Part shown: in pieces, positions 1 through 14,762 of the stretch
How the letters are laid out: every line of letters starts with the position of its first letter
Position numbering within the stretch: the first letter of the stretch is position 1
Source: Kudoa neothunni
Taxonomy: Eukaryota; Animalia; Cnidaria
Direction of reading: 5' to 3'
NCBI GenBank assembly: GCA_964304625.1
Contig: OZ199838.1
Location: 12,839,843-12,903,842, forward strand
DNA: 64,000 nucleotides
The notes under the pieces: model-generated
Told to the model about the DNA's origin: nothing
Seen by the model: only the letters and a program-made list of their open reading frames with translations
Database searches by the model: none
Position numbers and translations under genes: made by a program

Positions 1-1897
1 TAAGCATAATTTTTTCTCGATGTGGAAAAAAACTAGAGTTGTAATAAGACCTAGGTATTTCTTAACTTTAAATTATCGATCATAATGTTAATTAAACATT
101 TCACGGCGTTTGATCTTGATACAGAGTTTCCACTTCAAGATGCACTTAGGTCGGATCTACTTTCGCAGAGCTCGTGCTATAGCTTTATGACGAGTCAACA
201 TTGACCTATGCTGGATCAACTTGAACAAAGCTTGCGCTATTGTTTCATGTGGAATCAACATTCATCTAAGTCGGATTTAGTTGTGTTAATACAAAAATTC
301 AATAAACTATTCATTCTCCGTATGTATAATTTTAGACAAATTAAGATTAATAATGACTGCAATAAATTAAACATTGCTTTGCCGACATTTCGATAGGTGT
401 ATTCATTATTTCATTAATGAACGGCTCTTTATCTTTGAGTATTCTCATCAACGATGCATTTTACTTGGTTCAATAGTTTTTGATTAAAATTAAGAAAGTA
501 AAACTTTGGAAAACTTCGTTTCATCAACCATTCCTATAGGGCAGTGGTTCCCGCACACTTACGGGATGTGAACTATGGGTTTGGGGAGTGAGGTTCGACC
601 ACAATGGAAAGAAATTTTAGAGAAATTTTAAGCCGGTTACACATTATCCTATGCAGAGGGGGACGAATTTCGTTTTGTCATCAATTGGGGAGCGCTACTG
701 TAAGGATATTGGCCATTTTCATAGGAACTGGCCGCATTAATGATCCACAAATTATATGAGACTTGTTTAGTTTTGCAGTCAAATACGAAGTGTCGTATGA
801 TATGACTAAAATTGGGTTATCAACCGACACAAAACCAATGACAGATAAAATATTTATCTAATCGGATTTTATTCTTTTAGGCTTAACATCAGCGATTATA
901 ACATTTCTATATCTGTCATTTACACGGGGTTTAAAAAAATCATTACGTACTCATGCAGGCACAAGGCTATAATTTCTTAGTACAGCTTTACACAACATAC
1001 ATTATGGATACTGTCATTCACCGTCATAGGTTACCACAGGGAACCCATATTCAATACATTATAACGACAACCTTTGCGACATTTTGTGGATATTTATAAT
1101 AATTAGCATTATTAAATAAAAACAACGAATGGGTCCCTTTATATACGATTAGACATTAAAGGTTTACAACGCAGAATGTTTATTGCGCAGAGAGGCGATG
1201 TATTCATTATAATTTTAGCGTAATAGATAAAGATGAGTAATTGAATTTTGAATATGTATTATTGTAAAATCTAAAAAAGTTAATTTTTTCCAATATTTTT
1301 TAATTCTACCAGTAATATCTGCAGTTAAATGAAAGTTGATAACTTAATTTGAATTTCCACGTCCATCGAAACCCCTGTTGGGAAACATTAGGTTAACCTT
1401 AATGTAAAAATTCCATGTGTAGCTGTTAAGGATTAACAAAGCGTTTTCAACGCAGAAATAAAATAAGTGTATATTCAAGCGAATTAAAACGCCGTAATAA
1501 AATTTAAAGCCCAAACCCATCAGTTGTATTTTATAGAAAAATAAATTGATAAAATTTTAATATTCGATGAATAAGAAATATCTTTATACATTAGTAGAAT
1601 TAATTTAGCAACCTCTCGGTTATTCTGAAAATAACCCTTTACCGTAAGAATGATCATTGTTATTTCGCTGAAGGAAGACGAAATTATTAGTCCTATTAAA
1701 ATATTTGACTAAGGTTTAATAAAAAATATAATTCGCTGGTATGATAGGACAAGTCGCATAATTACTAAAATAATTTTCTTAACTGATGCTGATTTGTTGA
1801 AATACAAAGCACAATAAATATAACTATGGATTTTAAAAACGAATACAAAAATGGATATCATTGAAGAAAATAGCGTATATTTTGAAACTATTAACAA

Positions 1898-4800
1898 TTA
1901 GGAGATAATTTTTTCTAAAAACGAGTCAACACGTTCAAGTGTGATCGAGTTGCTAAGAGCGAAAAGTGGATCAGCACTAAAAATTTCATCTACTTCAACG
2001 TTGGCGCTCCTCAATTCTTTGATTGAAGGTTTTCTCAGTTGATAACTCAGTTTGGTTGAATCGGAGAATTTGGTTCTAAGTTTAGGCAATTCGCCATCCG
2101 AATCATATTCATTTTTGTTTTGATTATCGTTGTCCTCTAACATTGAAGGATTTGTATGTTCCAGCTGCTCAATTGAAGCGATTAAATTGTCTTTTGAGGA
2201 GACGTTAGTGCGTCTCATTTTTTTTTGGATTTTCATAGGTTTGTCGTTGGACGAGAATGAAGAGCGGCGTGATTTTATAATTGAAATTTCATCGGAGTTG
2301 TAGTTATCTATAAGAGAGTTCCTAAGCAGGCCACCCGGATACGCTGAAAAGTCGTCGTTTTTCTTATTTCTACAACCGGGACTAAAATAGAATTCAACAT
2401 GAAATCTCTCTGGAGAATTTTCTGGCGCCATAGGATCTTCATATTCAATAATAACAATTTGAGAAAGAAAATCAAATTCTTGTATGTGTTGAAGACGTTT
2501 ATTTGCGCACTGCCATTGAGGACAGCTTTCATCGAAAAGACCACCATACCAAAAAGTGTTAAATATACCATAGATATGGGATTCGCTGGTGAAATAGAAA
2601 CGAGATCTGACGTGACGATGTGGACTAAAAATATCAGTGTCGTAGTCAGCATCCGCATTCAAACGATGAGTGGAATCCTGATGCCCCACATGGGAGAGAT
2701 CTCCTTGGATTTTCTTCAATAACAACTTACACACCGATTTACCAACTTGTAGCTTCTCTTGCACCGATATCCCATATTCCAACGGGATCACAGCACTTGC
2801 AAAACTTTTTGACAGATCAAACAAAGGTTGAATGGATTGCAAGTCCAATTTGAAATTGTGCAAAAAATCATACTTGGCACAATCATAAATATCTGGAATG
2901 AGACTAATATTGTAGGTACCATCTTGCTGTTTGAAATCCTTTTCCAATTTTCCCCAACGTCTTTCTATTAGATTGATTGTTTCGTGATGATAGAGATGGA
3001 AATGTTGACAAATTGTAGACATAATTTTGGTATTATTGATTCCAAGATATCCAGATAGATTGGCAATACCACCAGCAGCTAAGTTTCCAAGCTGATCCCA
3101 TTTTGTCGATTCAGCTAATGTGTCACCACTGCCAGCAGAACCACCACTTTGTATACTATTTAGATAGGAGTTTTGAAGGTTGCGAATTTGGCGAGTAATA
3201 TCACCAAGCAGAACGTGAATCTTTTCGCATGCTTCTCTGGGATTTATAATTTTTTTTAAGTGTTCAATTAAAGATTGATTTTTGGTCGGTGCAAGTGATG
3301 CTAGTTCCTCTTCGCCAAGGGGTCGATCTGCTTTTAGCATATTATGCAATTTGGTTTTAACTTGCTGGAGGAGAAATTCAGCGTCATCACACGCATCCAG
3401 CATCAATGTAGAAGCTTTATCCATACTTACCAAATGAACTAGGATAGATGTGAGACTGCTTTCCAGGGCAAGAAATCCTTTGGCAAATGCTGCAGCAGTA
3501 AGTTGTACTCTGCCTTCGTCACTCGCATAGATTTTGAGGTCATGTCGATAGGTGCTATGCAGACGTAACACACCGTAATGATTGCTGACAGCTTTTCTCA
3601 GTGATTTGCGCTGATGTTGCACAAATCTACTGGATTCAGAGGGATAGAGATTGCGATAAGCTTTACCCAAATCTTCAGATTGTTTGAGACCAGCTTCAGT
3701 TAGTTCACCGCCCCATTTCAACACAAGTAGTAGAGTTGGACGATTTGTTGGAATATCTTGGTGTTGACCTTTGAATTTGTAATGGAGAATAGCATTTCTA
3801 TCATCAGTCAGTGATTTGAGTTGAACTTTACGATTGATTCCAGAAAATTTATCGTACATCTCCAACACATATTTCATCTGTAACAGTTTGGCAGGACTCT
3901 CCACAAATTCGCAGTTATTAGAACGTGTAGGATCAAACAGTAATTCTCGAGTCACATTCAGTACATCTTGAAGTTGTTTTGGTGTCTTGAGTTTTACTCG
4001 AGCTTCTTCGTTACCGCCATATTTTCTGAACAATGCGATAAACTTTTCATGTTGAACAACCATTTTCATTTTTTGCTTTGGAGTTCTATCGGCGTGTCTC
4101 ACTATTGCTATTATGCAGCGAAACTCTAACATGGACTTTCTAATGACGTCGTTTTCGCTCTTCTCTCCACTAGACAAACTCAGCGTCGATACGCTTGGGG
4201 GAATAATGCAAAAGGAATCCACATTCCTTGCGATCACTCCCGTCAATATTGATGCACAATCGTCATAATATCTAAGAAAAAATAATGCCAAATTAGTAAC
4301 AGAAATAAAAAACATTTGATAGCTGACAATAAATTGACCCTTATGTTGAAAATTTGGTATCTATTGTATCAACAATAACTATTTTATCTGTATAGCACAG
4401 TGCTTCCCAATCTTTTCTCTATTGCGCCCACTTTTTTCAAAAGTATTGATTGTTTTAACTTAAACTGTTTATAACATTGAGTGTAGATAGCTTTCTATCA
4501 CATTAAAATTTGAAAGAAATTAAAATATACTTGATTTCAAGAAAAATACAATGTTTTTGATCAGATCCAACTTAATTTATGGATGGACCTTAAAAATTAA
4601 CATCTTTAATTCTTCATTCCCTTAAAAATAGCGTCAAATGAAACTCGTGGTAATCCAACCTTAATTATGAAAGAGTTTCGTGTATACGGGACTAATAAAT
4701 AACATTATAAACACAAAATTAATCAATATTATGTTATATTTAATCAAAAAAGGGGATATACGATTATAAATGAGACAAGATTGAGATTCAAACCATTTGG

Positions 4801-6646
4801 ATTCTATTCGGGTGAAGGCCATATTAGATATTATTATTATTAATTTGTATATAATTGGTCATTGTTTTTGTATTTTTTATGATGTTGATCGTCATTTAAA
4901 AGTAAGCGATATCGAAATCGTGATATGAACTTCAAAGTATGTCAAACTGCCCTATTATCTCATCATTATCCGTGTAACACCAACACTTAGAATTTTCCGC
5001 GTCCCACCAGATCGGTTCATTAAACGTTTTAAAATTTCCATTCCTCATAAAAAATTTTCGCGCCACCAATAGGGCATGGGCCTCACGTTGGGAACATTAG
5101 ATTATGTAAAAGTGGTTACCCACCTTAATTCAATATTTATTTATTTATTGAGCATTATCTTGGGTTTTTAATTAACTTAGAGCTTCGGTATCAATAAAAT
5201 TATTTTTCATTTCTATTCATAAAGTAAAAGCAACCAGGCAATAACTGTTATTGTATTAATACTCGTAAAAACTTTAATTTTTTAAAGTTTATTGAATAAA
5301 AACAGAAAAAATGATAATAAAGTAAGTCAACAAATTGGTTGGTTAACTTTAAGATCCACTAACAAAGTAATGTGTCAAGTTTAAAATTCGGAAGTGCTTA
5401 TAACATGCTTTCATTAAAAGCGTGAAAGACAACCCACCATTAGAACACCGGCACAAAATAATTCAAATTGTGATGCAACGAGGATTAACTTAAATTATGA
5501 GAGTTGAAAAAAATAAAATTACTTTCTTGACTTTTTCACGAAACTAAAGCCATTCACATCACAAACACAAGAACGTCCTTTTGCTCTAAGAAGGTCGAAT
5601 CCACAAACTGTTTGTTTGAAGATTCTTGAGATTTTGCTAGCCAGAATTTTTTCATATGCGCTAAGTATGACAGGATATCGAACTTCTTTGCCTTCCGCAT
5701 CACGTTCCACAATTCCATCCAACGAAGGTGACTTTCTAGCTTCCGCATGGGCGTACTCCAGTCCAACACTGTACACTTTTACATCGGTACCATCAGTCGC
5801 TAGAAACTCCTCATATATATACGAACCGTTGGCACGATAGGTTGCATCCGCACAATAGATGCTGCTTCGGTTTCCAATTTTTCTGAAAAGTCGTTGGCAA
5901 CCCCCACCCATCATTTGTGGGAAATATATACAAACATTGTGGTCATCAGCGCACACCGGCTTTTCGACCAATGGTCGATGGAATTGTTCATTGTCCACTT
6001 CGATACCATCATCCAGCTCAGTAACAGTAACTCCCACCGGCTGCAATGTGGTAGGATCTCTATACACAACACTATATCTAGGCACATCGATTCCTTCTTG
6101 TCGTAATAATTTGTAGATTTTCACTCTATCTTTGAGCACATATTGCATTTTTAAGTCATTCGGCAGGTAAGGTTTTCGAAGTTCAGCATATTCGATCGCT
6201 TTGTCCAACAAAAATCCATGCGAATAGAATGAAATCAACACATGTACAATGGGCCAATGTGTCACATCCACGTTGTTAGTCACGTCGTCATGGATAATAA
6301 TTATTTCAAAATAGACAACATGTAAGAGTCTAGCAATGATTTCTTTCATCGGTTTTGAGAAGATTTTACTATCTCTAGCACACAACCCGATTTTCAGAGT
6401 TTTGCTAAAGCTGTAATTGTCAATATCGACCTCATTGAATTCTTTTTTTAATCTTAACGCCACTGGAATATTCGATGAAGATTTAGGTGGGTTTCTGCTT
6501 AAAATGGAAAAATCCAAGTTTTCCAACAAAACATTACACATATGACACCCTTCATTAATAGGGTAGCTGGGCTCGAATAGCGTAGAACCCGATTTTTCAC
6601 TCAAAGACTCACAGCTTTGTATAATATCCTCATCATCCAAACGCAT
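1898..6646 (-). CDS. PPIP5K: Inositol hexakisphosphate/diphosphoinositol-pentakisphosphate kinase (PPIP5K/VIP1); 2 exons 6646-5523 and 4271-1898, ~1165 aa
   Basis: ATP-grasp kinase motifs (YIYEEFLATDGTDVKVY, HAEARKSP, VCGFDLLR, CDVNGFSFVK) and histidine-phosphatase motifs (RHADRTPKQK, LKWGGELT, RSRFYFTSESH). GT-AG intron 5522-4272 joins KKSRK to YYDD in frame. Confidence 0.96.
4398..5100. mobile_element. Degenerate hAT-type MITE inside the PPIP5K intron
   Basis: Left end CAGTGCTTCCCAA and right end TTGGGAACATTAG form an imperfect inverted repeat. No clear TSD. Confidence 0.45.
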
Positions 6647-6741
6647 TATCAACAATAAACCGAGTAATATTAGATATTAGATGTATTTGCAACTACGACG
6701 CAAAAAATAGTTTGTTAGTTTGATACGCACAGACGCACGCA

Positions 6742-6751
6742 CGCATGCGCA
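6742..6751. promoter_or_regulatory. NRF1-type GCGCATGCG motif upstream of PPIP5K
   Basis: CGCATGCGCA in a GC-rich patch ~100 bp upstream of the ATG at 6646. Confidence 0.45.
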
Positions 6752-6781
6752 CAATATAAAATAAAGTATTCTATAATAAAC

Positions 6782-8531
6782 TTATAACTTTGTAATTTTG
6801 TTATTACAATCTCTGGTTAGTAAAGCTTGGTGAAGGTCGATGCATTTTACTTCCTTTGTTAGAGAATCAATTTCAAGAACTGAACCATCATTTTCACCAA
6901 ATATTATATTGTCAATTATTCCAAGGAAAAGACCAGTTTCAATGATACCTGTAAGCAGTAGATCAAATTATAATACTAATCATAAATCACCTGGAATCAT
7001 ATGTAAATCTATATCGAGTTTTTGGAAGTCAATTATTTTCTCAGGATCAAATTTGGCATCAATAATAAAGTTTCCATTGTCAGTAATAACCGGTCCCTAA
7101 GGATAGATCAATTAAAGATATTGCTCATTTATAGTTGAAGGAGACACACAATGATCTGCTACATTTCTATTATAATTTGTTGAATAAGTTTAAATTTCCC
7201 ATTAAAATATGAACACACCCGTAAAATTAGTGTGTCCTGGTGATAAATTATTTGTTAGGATCTAATAATAGCTGAGATGTACCACTTTGGCTAATGCCAT
7301 TCGAAGAGTAGGTGTTAATCCTAGATTGGTGAGCTCTTTCATTACCACTTTGTAGGCCACAGGGAAAACCTCGATGGGTATTCCTTTTTTCCACTAAAAC
7401 ATCACATTATGAGATTGAAATTATACAACTTTACGTTTTCGCCTAAATTTTTGGACCTTTTTCTGAAAAATAATATTAGTATTGTCATTAGAAATTTGAA
7501 ATAATACGTGGAATCCGCGATGGCAACAACTGTTTTCGCGGAATAAGCTACAAGTTTCTCTTTGAACAAACAACCACTAAATAAATAAAATGAAAATTAT
7601 TTGTGTTACTGAGAAAAATATTTTAAAGGAAAAACATGGTATCCATTAATAAGCAAACGTATGATACGAATCATAAAATTCACTTAAGTGGAGGAAAAGA
7701 AATTTGAGTATTAGTTAAAATATTGAGAGATTAAATGAAAATTAATTGACTCAAATGCAGTAAATTAATTCTGCTTAGCTAGACTTGAAATTGTTATTTT
7801 TGATATTGATAGTTGTTTGACAAATCAAATAATTAACCAAACTATATAAGATTTTGAATTGGTGAGTTTTGTTATCTTAGCATAAACTCAAATACATTGT
7901 AGAATATTGAATTAAATATTTGTATGTTAATAAATTTACTCAGATAAATTAATTCGGGTTAGAATCAATAAATGGGCCCCAAATAGATGCGAGTCCAATT
8001 GACTACATATGCACCAGTTGATATATACATATTTAGAAATAATAATAATGAACTGAAATAAGACATCACTCACCCTCCTCCTTTGATCGCATTAAACGAT
8101 GAATCAATCTCATCAACGCCATCGATCGCAATATCTAACTATATTATTGAACAAAATAAACGAAAATTCAACAACACACGCAACCCACATCAGTCTCTAT
8201 GTCCAGATCAGAAATCGGTAGTTCATGATCAAGAATAAGTTGTTTTGCCTAAATTCATTTAAATTATATTCGAGGGCGTAAACATCATAAAGAAATTACC
8301 TGGAATGAAGTGGGAAAACAAATCACATCAACTTTTTTCGATTTATACAATTCAGCTTTTACAAAAAATTATTTACCGTATAAAACAAAATCACATTAGT
8401 TTACCTATTTTAGCCACACAATGTATTACAGTTGAACCACTTCCAACACCAAGTTTAATCGGACCTTCCGTTGGACCCTTCAGAAATTTGTTCGCCGCAT
8501 AAATACCAGAAATTCTTTTGGCATTCTCCAT
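6782..8531 (-). CDS. RPIA: Ribose-5-phosphate isomerase A, about 9 short exons
   Basis: Spliced translation gives LGVGSGSTV, CFPTSFQ, IAIDGVDE, IKGGGGCLFKEK, GIPIEVFP, GPVITDNGNFIID and IPGIIETGLF. Introns are canonical GT-AG. Confidence 0.95.
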
Positions 8532-10071
8532 TTTTGCCAACAAGTCAGTAATTGAAATTCTTAACAACACTCCAGCAACAACCAACCGCCTCTACAAATA
8601 CGACTTAAAGGTTATTTGGATTCTAATCCTAACTTTAATCCAATATCCATGATAGGACAATTAATTAAAAAAATTAGAAATTATTCTGAAACTTTGTTGT
8701 GAATAAATATTGTAAATTCGAATTTAACAAGTTTCAAACACTCAATGTTATTGTGGAGCATAATTATCAACTCACAACCTGCTCTACACAAAGACAATGT
8801 TAAGCTATGTTATGTAGAGTGTGATGTTAAGTTTTCTTGCCTAAACATTAAAGGGACTCCTTACCTTAATAAATTGAAATTTGTAAGTTGTTGGCAGGTA
8901 TCACACATATACCAGCATTCAATAAATACGATAATAAACTCTAATTCCTCGCCTCGCTATATTGATAAGGATGGGCTAGGAATCGAAGGAGTAAAATTAT
9001 ATAAAAAAAGGTTAATAAATATGTGTTAATGTCGATGAGACTTAATCCACAATGAAAAAGTTATAACAAGGACAGGGCTCAACGAGGAAACACGAGGATG
9101 TACTTTAATAGTTATTCGAAGGATGCCGGACTGCGCCCACTCTTTAAGCTGTGAATCTTAAATTGAGAGTGAGAAAGGCCTTACGCGATCATATCATTTA
9201 ATCTTCAGAAGAAATTATTCTAATTTATGATATCCATTTTCTTTTATATTTAATACCACATCATCTATTATAAGATGTAAATTAGGCAATTCTGATTCTT
9301 ATATTGAACATGTTTCATCAATATATTTAAATTTTTGTTCTTAATCAAATTCAATAACCTGGTCAAATTTATTTGGGAAAATTTCCGTTGTGTTTTCATT
9401 TTTAATCTTATGTTAATCCACTTTAGTCAAGTTCTCATTGAAGTCGTCTAGTGAAATGATTAATAAGTATTAAATTTAAAAATTATCGTTAACATAATAT
9501 CTAATACATTTTTTAGGAGAATATTTTTTGAAAAATTTGGAGTCAGCTCCGCCTTATCGTATGTATGTATGTGGAATGCGTTCGGATTTAGTTCTTTTAT
9601 AAAATGGGGATGCGAATCAAATTTTAACCGGGAAGCGCTGCCTTGGGGCGTTTTAGGAGTCCCTAATATTCAGCACAGATCTGGAAGCATTTATGCATTG
9701 TTAGTAACTTTTTAGTGGCCGTAATTCTATCATTATCCTATAAATTAAGAACTTTTTTGGATTGATTATAAAACATTTTTTGATCGTAAAAATTTCTAAA
9801 GTCATAAAGAGCAAAATTTTAGTTTTTAAATAATTTATTGCGCATATATTTCTATTAACGTCTGATTATGTTTGGCCGAATCTCTCCCGCAGAATTGAGA
9901 AGATTAATCCCAGTCCAATGGTAGCTTATAACTGGCAGGAACGGTGTCTCCATTAGATCTTGACCCTAGATGCCAAAATTTGAGTTTATTACGGGGTATG
10001 CACATTTCTTATTCGCTCTATGTACTCACTCAGCAATGGAAGCTGTCATTAAAGTGTATGGCCATTATTAA

Positions 10072-10959
10072 CCTTCTAAATAGCTGAAAAATTTACACTC
10101 CACAAATAAAGATGGGGTTAAAATCTACCCCACCTTTTTATTTGTCAAAATTGTCTCAAATAAAGTTCAGCATTGACTGACAAAATATGAGGATAATTCA
10201 TCGAATAAAATTTGAATGACGAATTATTAAAGTTATATTATATGTATGCGTGGGCGCATATTAATGTTGTTATATTTTTCATGGAGGCTGATTGTTTTAT
10301 AAGTGTTTTTCCGTGGTTTTTTAGTTTTTACATTTAATTCAAATTTTATAACAGCTGCCAATTAATTTATCGTATTTAAAACAACGATGTGTAAAACTTC
10401 TTAGAAAAACACGAAATGATGGAAAACAGTGCTTATTTCACAAAAAATTATCATTGTTCTTTTTAATGCTCCCTACAGCGTAGAAATAAAAAAACTGATG
10501 AAAAGTCATCTGATGAAAAGTCATCTTATTTTGAATAACTGGTATAAAAAATAATGAGAGACTGAGGAGCTAACCGTTGTATTATGGAAAGAACGACATG
10601 CTTGTATCGAGGTTACGCATGCGGAATGGCATCGCGTGTATAGTGTTTCGTTATTTTATTCATTATTTTGCTCGATAGAATTTCCGTAAATTTTTAAAAA
10701 TGACATGTGTCAATATTTTAAATAATTTTATGAAAGAAAAATGTGGGGGTAGATTTCTACCCCAATTTAATTTGGAAGGGTGTTTTTACATTAACTTTTT
10801 TGATATACGACAGAAAAAAATTTCAATTCATTTTTCTGAAAGTTCTCATAATGATAAAAGTTTACAAAAAGTTGAGAGGAGTTATATTCCATTTATACAT
10901 TATAATATTGTTAGCAAAATTCACTTGAAGTAGAAATCTACCCCATTTTATTTAGAAGG
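10072..10959. mobile_element. Non-autonomous piggyBac-like element (MITE)
   Basis: TTAA on both sides, 11-bp TIR CCTTCTAAATA/TATTTAGAAGG, and three internal GGGGTAGAwwTCTACCCC-type palindromes. Confidence 0.7.
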
Positions 10960-11045
10960 TTAAGTGCGCTTTTGTATGGAGTTATTTCTCCATTTTTGTA
11001 AAGTAAGTCGGATATAAACGTTTTGATCGTCAGATACATATAAGG

Positions 11046-11960
11046 CAGCGCCTTCCTGATTCATTGTAATTTCCCGCACTCCCCTCTCAAAAAAAGAGAT
11101 TTAAAAAATGGATTTAATTTTAGGCGAGGGAAAACATTTTCACTAAAATTATATTTAAAAAAATAACTGTCTCTTTATCAACAAAATAAATACAACTGAT
11201 AATAAATTAAATGTTTGACTTTTTTTCATGTCTTTTTGGAAAATAATTGAGTGAAAACGGATCTCTTTCTTAGTTAAAGATATACATAAATCATAAGTTA
11301 TGAATAAACTAAATGTATTAATATTTTAATGCAAAACATCAAATGCGAATAATAGCGCTTGTGCCAAAATTGGGATATTGTACTTGTTCTAATTTATAAA
11401 TTTAAAAATTAAATAAAGAAAATAAAGACATGAACCAATCGCAAATGTAAAGTTTTAGTTCATATAATTTTTGAGTCTAAAATTGAGGTAAAAAAAATCT
11501 AAAATGATTCGAAAAACAAACTAAAAAAACTTAACCTTGATGCTAATTTAAGCTTAATTCATACTTACCTTATAGGTTTAGAAAAAAAATTTATAAAATT
11601 TTTAATAATTCAACTCATTTAAAATACTTATATGTCGTTTATCTTTCTCTAAAGAAAAAATAAAATATTTTGTAATTTTTTACGTTGGAATAATTATAAT
11701 TTTAACTAAAATCTTATTTACAAACAAATACAAAAATTATCATTTTTATTTCATAAACCAGTAAATAGAAAATAAATTAATTTTCAGTAAAATTCACCCC
11801 AATGACTATTTGTTAATCAGATTTATTTCAGCTCCGATTACTGCACAATCGGTACATTATGCACAAAGCATACTCGACCGTAAAATTTTCCCGTCAACTC
11901 AAGATTTGAGTCTTGAACCCTCAATGACTGTCTCCAGGACCTCCAATCGAGAAAACCCTG
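11046..11960 (+). mobile_element. hAT-type non-autonomous element, copy A (paralog at 47422-48283)
   Basis: CAG...CTG ends, 8-bp TSD ATATAAGG/GTATAAGG (7/8), and colinear similarity to 47422-48283 along its length. Confidence 0.8.
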
Positions 11961-12248
11961 GTATAAGGTAATAAACGTGTTGTTTATTTAATAAAGACCA
12001 ATAATCTGAAAGGGCTAGATTTGGCGTTGTGATCATCTTAAGACGCGAATGTTTTGATCATCACTAAATTCCCACACTACCACAGGTGGATATGTCGAGA
12101 GGTTACGTGTGACTTCTCATGGTGCCTACAGGGTTAACAGAGGGACCTGGCCGGCCAGAAATTCATTTTATAATAAGTTTCATGTAGGAGATTTTATCTT
12201 CAAACAAAAAAAGATTAACAAAAATATGTCTGCTATATACATGCTTGG

Positions 12249-12797
12249 GGTTAAAATGTAGAATAGTGGCCACATTGTACCGACTAAAGATTATAATAAA
12301 TTCGGGCATTAATCCTGAATTTTTTAAATCAAATTAGTATGAAATTTTTTGAACATTTAATGAATGGAATGAGTGGATTAATTATAATAAATAATTTTTT
12401 GATATTAACGTCAAGTATTTGATACAATTTAACACCTATTACTTGCAGAAAATATGAATTTCTTATTCTTATAGACATTTGATTAATAGTTGGAAATTTC
12501 TAAGGATGAAAAATGACGTTTGATAAAAAATCATAGTTGTCACATCACTCAAATTTTAGGATAAATAAAGCAATCTTTACTCGATCGATTAAATGATATT
12601 GCCTTTGGAAATAACTGCGAGAGACTAACAGCTATTAAAGAATATATCACAGCAATTATTATTGATAACAAATACAGTGCCTAAAATAACTTACCGGTGA
12701 TGAAACAATGATAAATACAAAAATTAAAATAATCAACAGGTTCGATTTTTATCGTGGTCTCTGATTTGGATTATGGCCACTACTCTACATTTTAACC
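12249..12797. mobile_element. MITE with ~24-bp TIR, superfamily unassigned
   Basis: GGTTAAAATGTAGAATAGTGGCCA versus TGGCCACTACTCTACATTTTAACC (1 mismatch). Confidence 0.7.
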
Positions 12798-14762
12798 GTT
12801 TAGTACATTCAAACAGAGTTCCTTGTTTACCTAGAACTATCCTACTTGGAATTACTCCATGTTTCTTTTATCCATATAAATCGCTCTATATTAGATCTAT
12901 CGCGGTATCTGCTATCAGAGATATTTTCTTATTATAATAATACAATTCCGTACACATTTTGTAGTTATATATCTGAATAATAGCTTATTGTTTTCGTCTT
13001 TATATTAGATTTGCAAAAAATTTATAAACTAGGAATTATGTTTAGGCATCCAGTCGTTTGTTGTATTGAAAATAATGAAAAAATCAATTTTTTAAAATAA
13101 TCGAATTGAAGCTTTGAATGTCATATGTTATTTAAAGTAATAGTTAGTGTTGTTATTAAATCTAAGCTATTGAATGCTAAACCAATTTAGAGTAAGAACC
13201 GAAATAAGGGCTTTTGAGCGACCCATCCACACAAAGCAATAGGGTTATTTAATTTAGAGGCTACGGTAAGCTCAATTTTAAGAACCATTGTTTAAATTCA
13301 ACATTTCACTTTTATATTTCATGTCGGAGATTATGGGATAAAGGATTAGAGCCCACGTAAAACGTACTCATTATTATGCTTTACCTCCATTTATCATTGC
13401 TTTGTTGTACTTTGTAGCTGATACAATGTATTAGTTACTATTTTTATCGAAAGATATTGCATGTTCTTTTGTTCAACACAAATACGAGTTGAACTATATT
13501 AGAATTGTACACGAACATGTTATGTGTGAACAAATAATCAAATTATAATTATTATAAAATAATATTTATCTTTACATTTAGGATTAAAAAATAATAACCT
13601 CATAAGATTAAATAAATTATTCTCGATGGAATCAGCTTTATTTAATATCATTATTGGCATAATGGTATCAATCATTAACATCTGATTGAGTTTTTTTGAT
13701 AATAGAATATAATTTTAAACGATACTTACATTAAATAATGTTGTATTGGATTTAACTAATCAATATTGAAAACGACATCTTTTTTGAGGGGATGTGGATT
13801 TGTGGTGTATTTTTTTTTTGGACGAAAAATACGTTGGTCTGTTTTGGACAATCAGTATAAATTGAATAACCTTGAAAGGTCACGTTTAGGGTGTGTTTTC
13901 GATGTAGGCTAAGTCTATCAACCAGATATCAGATAAAAACTCGAATACTATCACCACTATAATAAAATCCAAGAAGAAAAAATAATATCAGATATAATGT
14001 AGAGTTAATTATTTTAAAATGTTTTATCCATTATATCTCAACTGATTAAACAGAATAAGATTGCTGTGAAATATAACAATAACATTTGATAGCTCAAGAA
14101 AACCAAAAAAAGTCCTCAAGTGTAATTATATTCTAACAAAAGTTATTAACTTGTTCTCTCTCCTGTGGACAAATGATACATGTGAATTTTGGCTTTTGGG
14201 GGGTTTAATGGAATAATCCAATTATCTTATATTTGTACTAAGCGGTTTATTTAAGAAAATAATTGAAAAAATTATAAAGCATAAGTCTATTATTTGATCA
14301 TAATTTTTTCTAAATTTTATATTAAAACTTTTATCAAAATTATGATTTTCCAAATTTTAACTTTAATATTTTCAGAATAAAATAGTGTCTAATCGCATTT
14401 AATCTTAACATAATTAACACCAATAGTTGTGTCAAGTTCATCGCAATAGAGAAGATTACAACCTATTTAATAGCGAAAACCGAATTAATTCACTAGTAAT
14501 AACCTGAAATTATTCCAAAGAATGAATTTAAGCGGAAAATTGCACATCTCGTTACGGCTTGCGCAGGGCCCATCAATAGGATTGAGTACTTTCTCACCGT
14601 CTCATAAGTTATAGTCTGTAAAAATTTTTTTCAAAAACAACAATCTCGTTATTTTTAACATCCTTGTCTTATTTAATTTTAAGGGGAGTTTGATGTTTTA
14701 AATACTAACAACTTGGACCCTTGGTTGATAAATATATTTAGAAATCAACTAAATACTGCGAA

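Noticed and set aside
960-1150. Possible retroelement integrase C-terminal (GPF-like) remnant on the minus strand
   Set aside because: Only a few residues match and there is no continuous frame.
2308-6116. Short ORFs overlapping PPIP5K (2308-2658, 2399-2722, 5554-6116)
   Set aside because: Antisense or alternate-frame shadows of a well-supported gene.
10496-10526. CTGATGAAAAGTCAT tandem duplication resembling a hammerhead core or CRISPR repeat
   Set aside because: Two abutting copies with no spacers and no flanking ribozyme stems; a simple local duplication.
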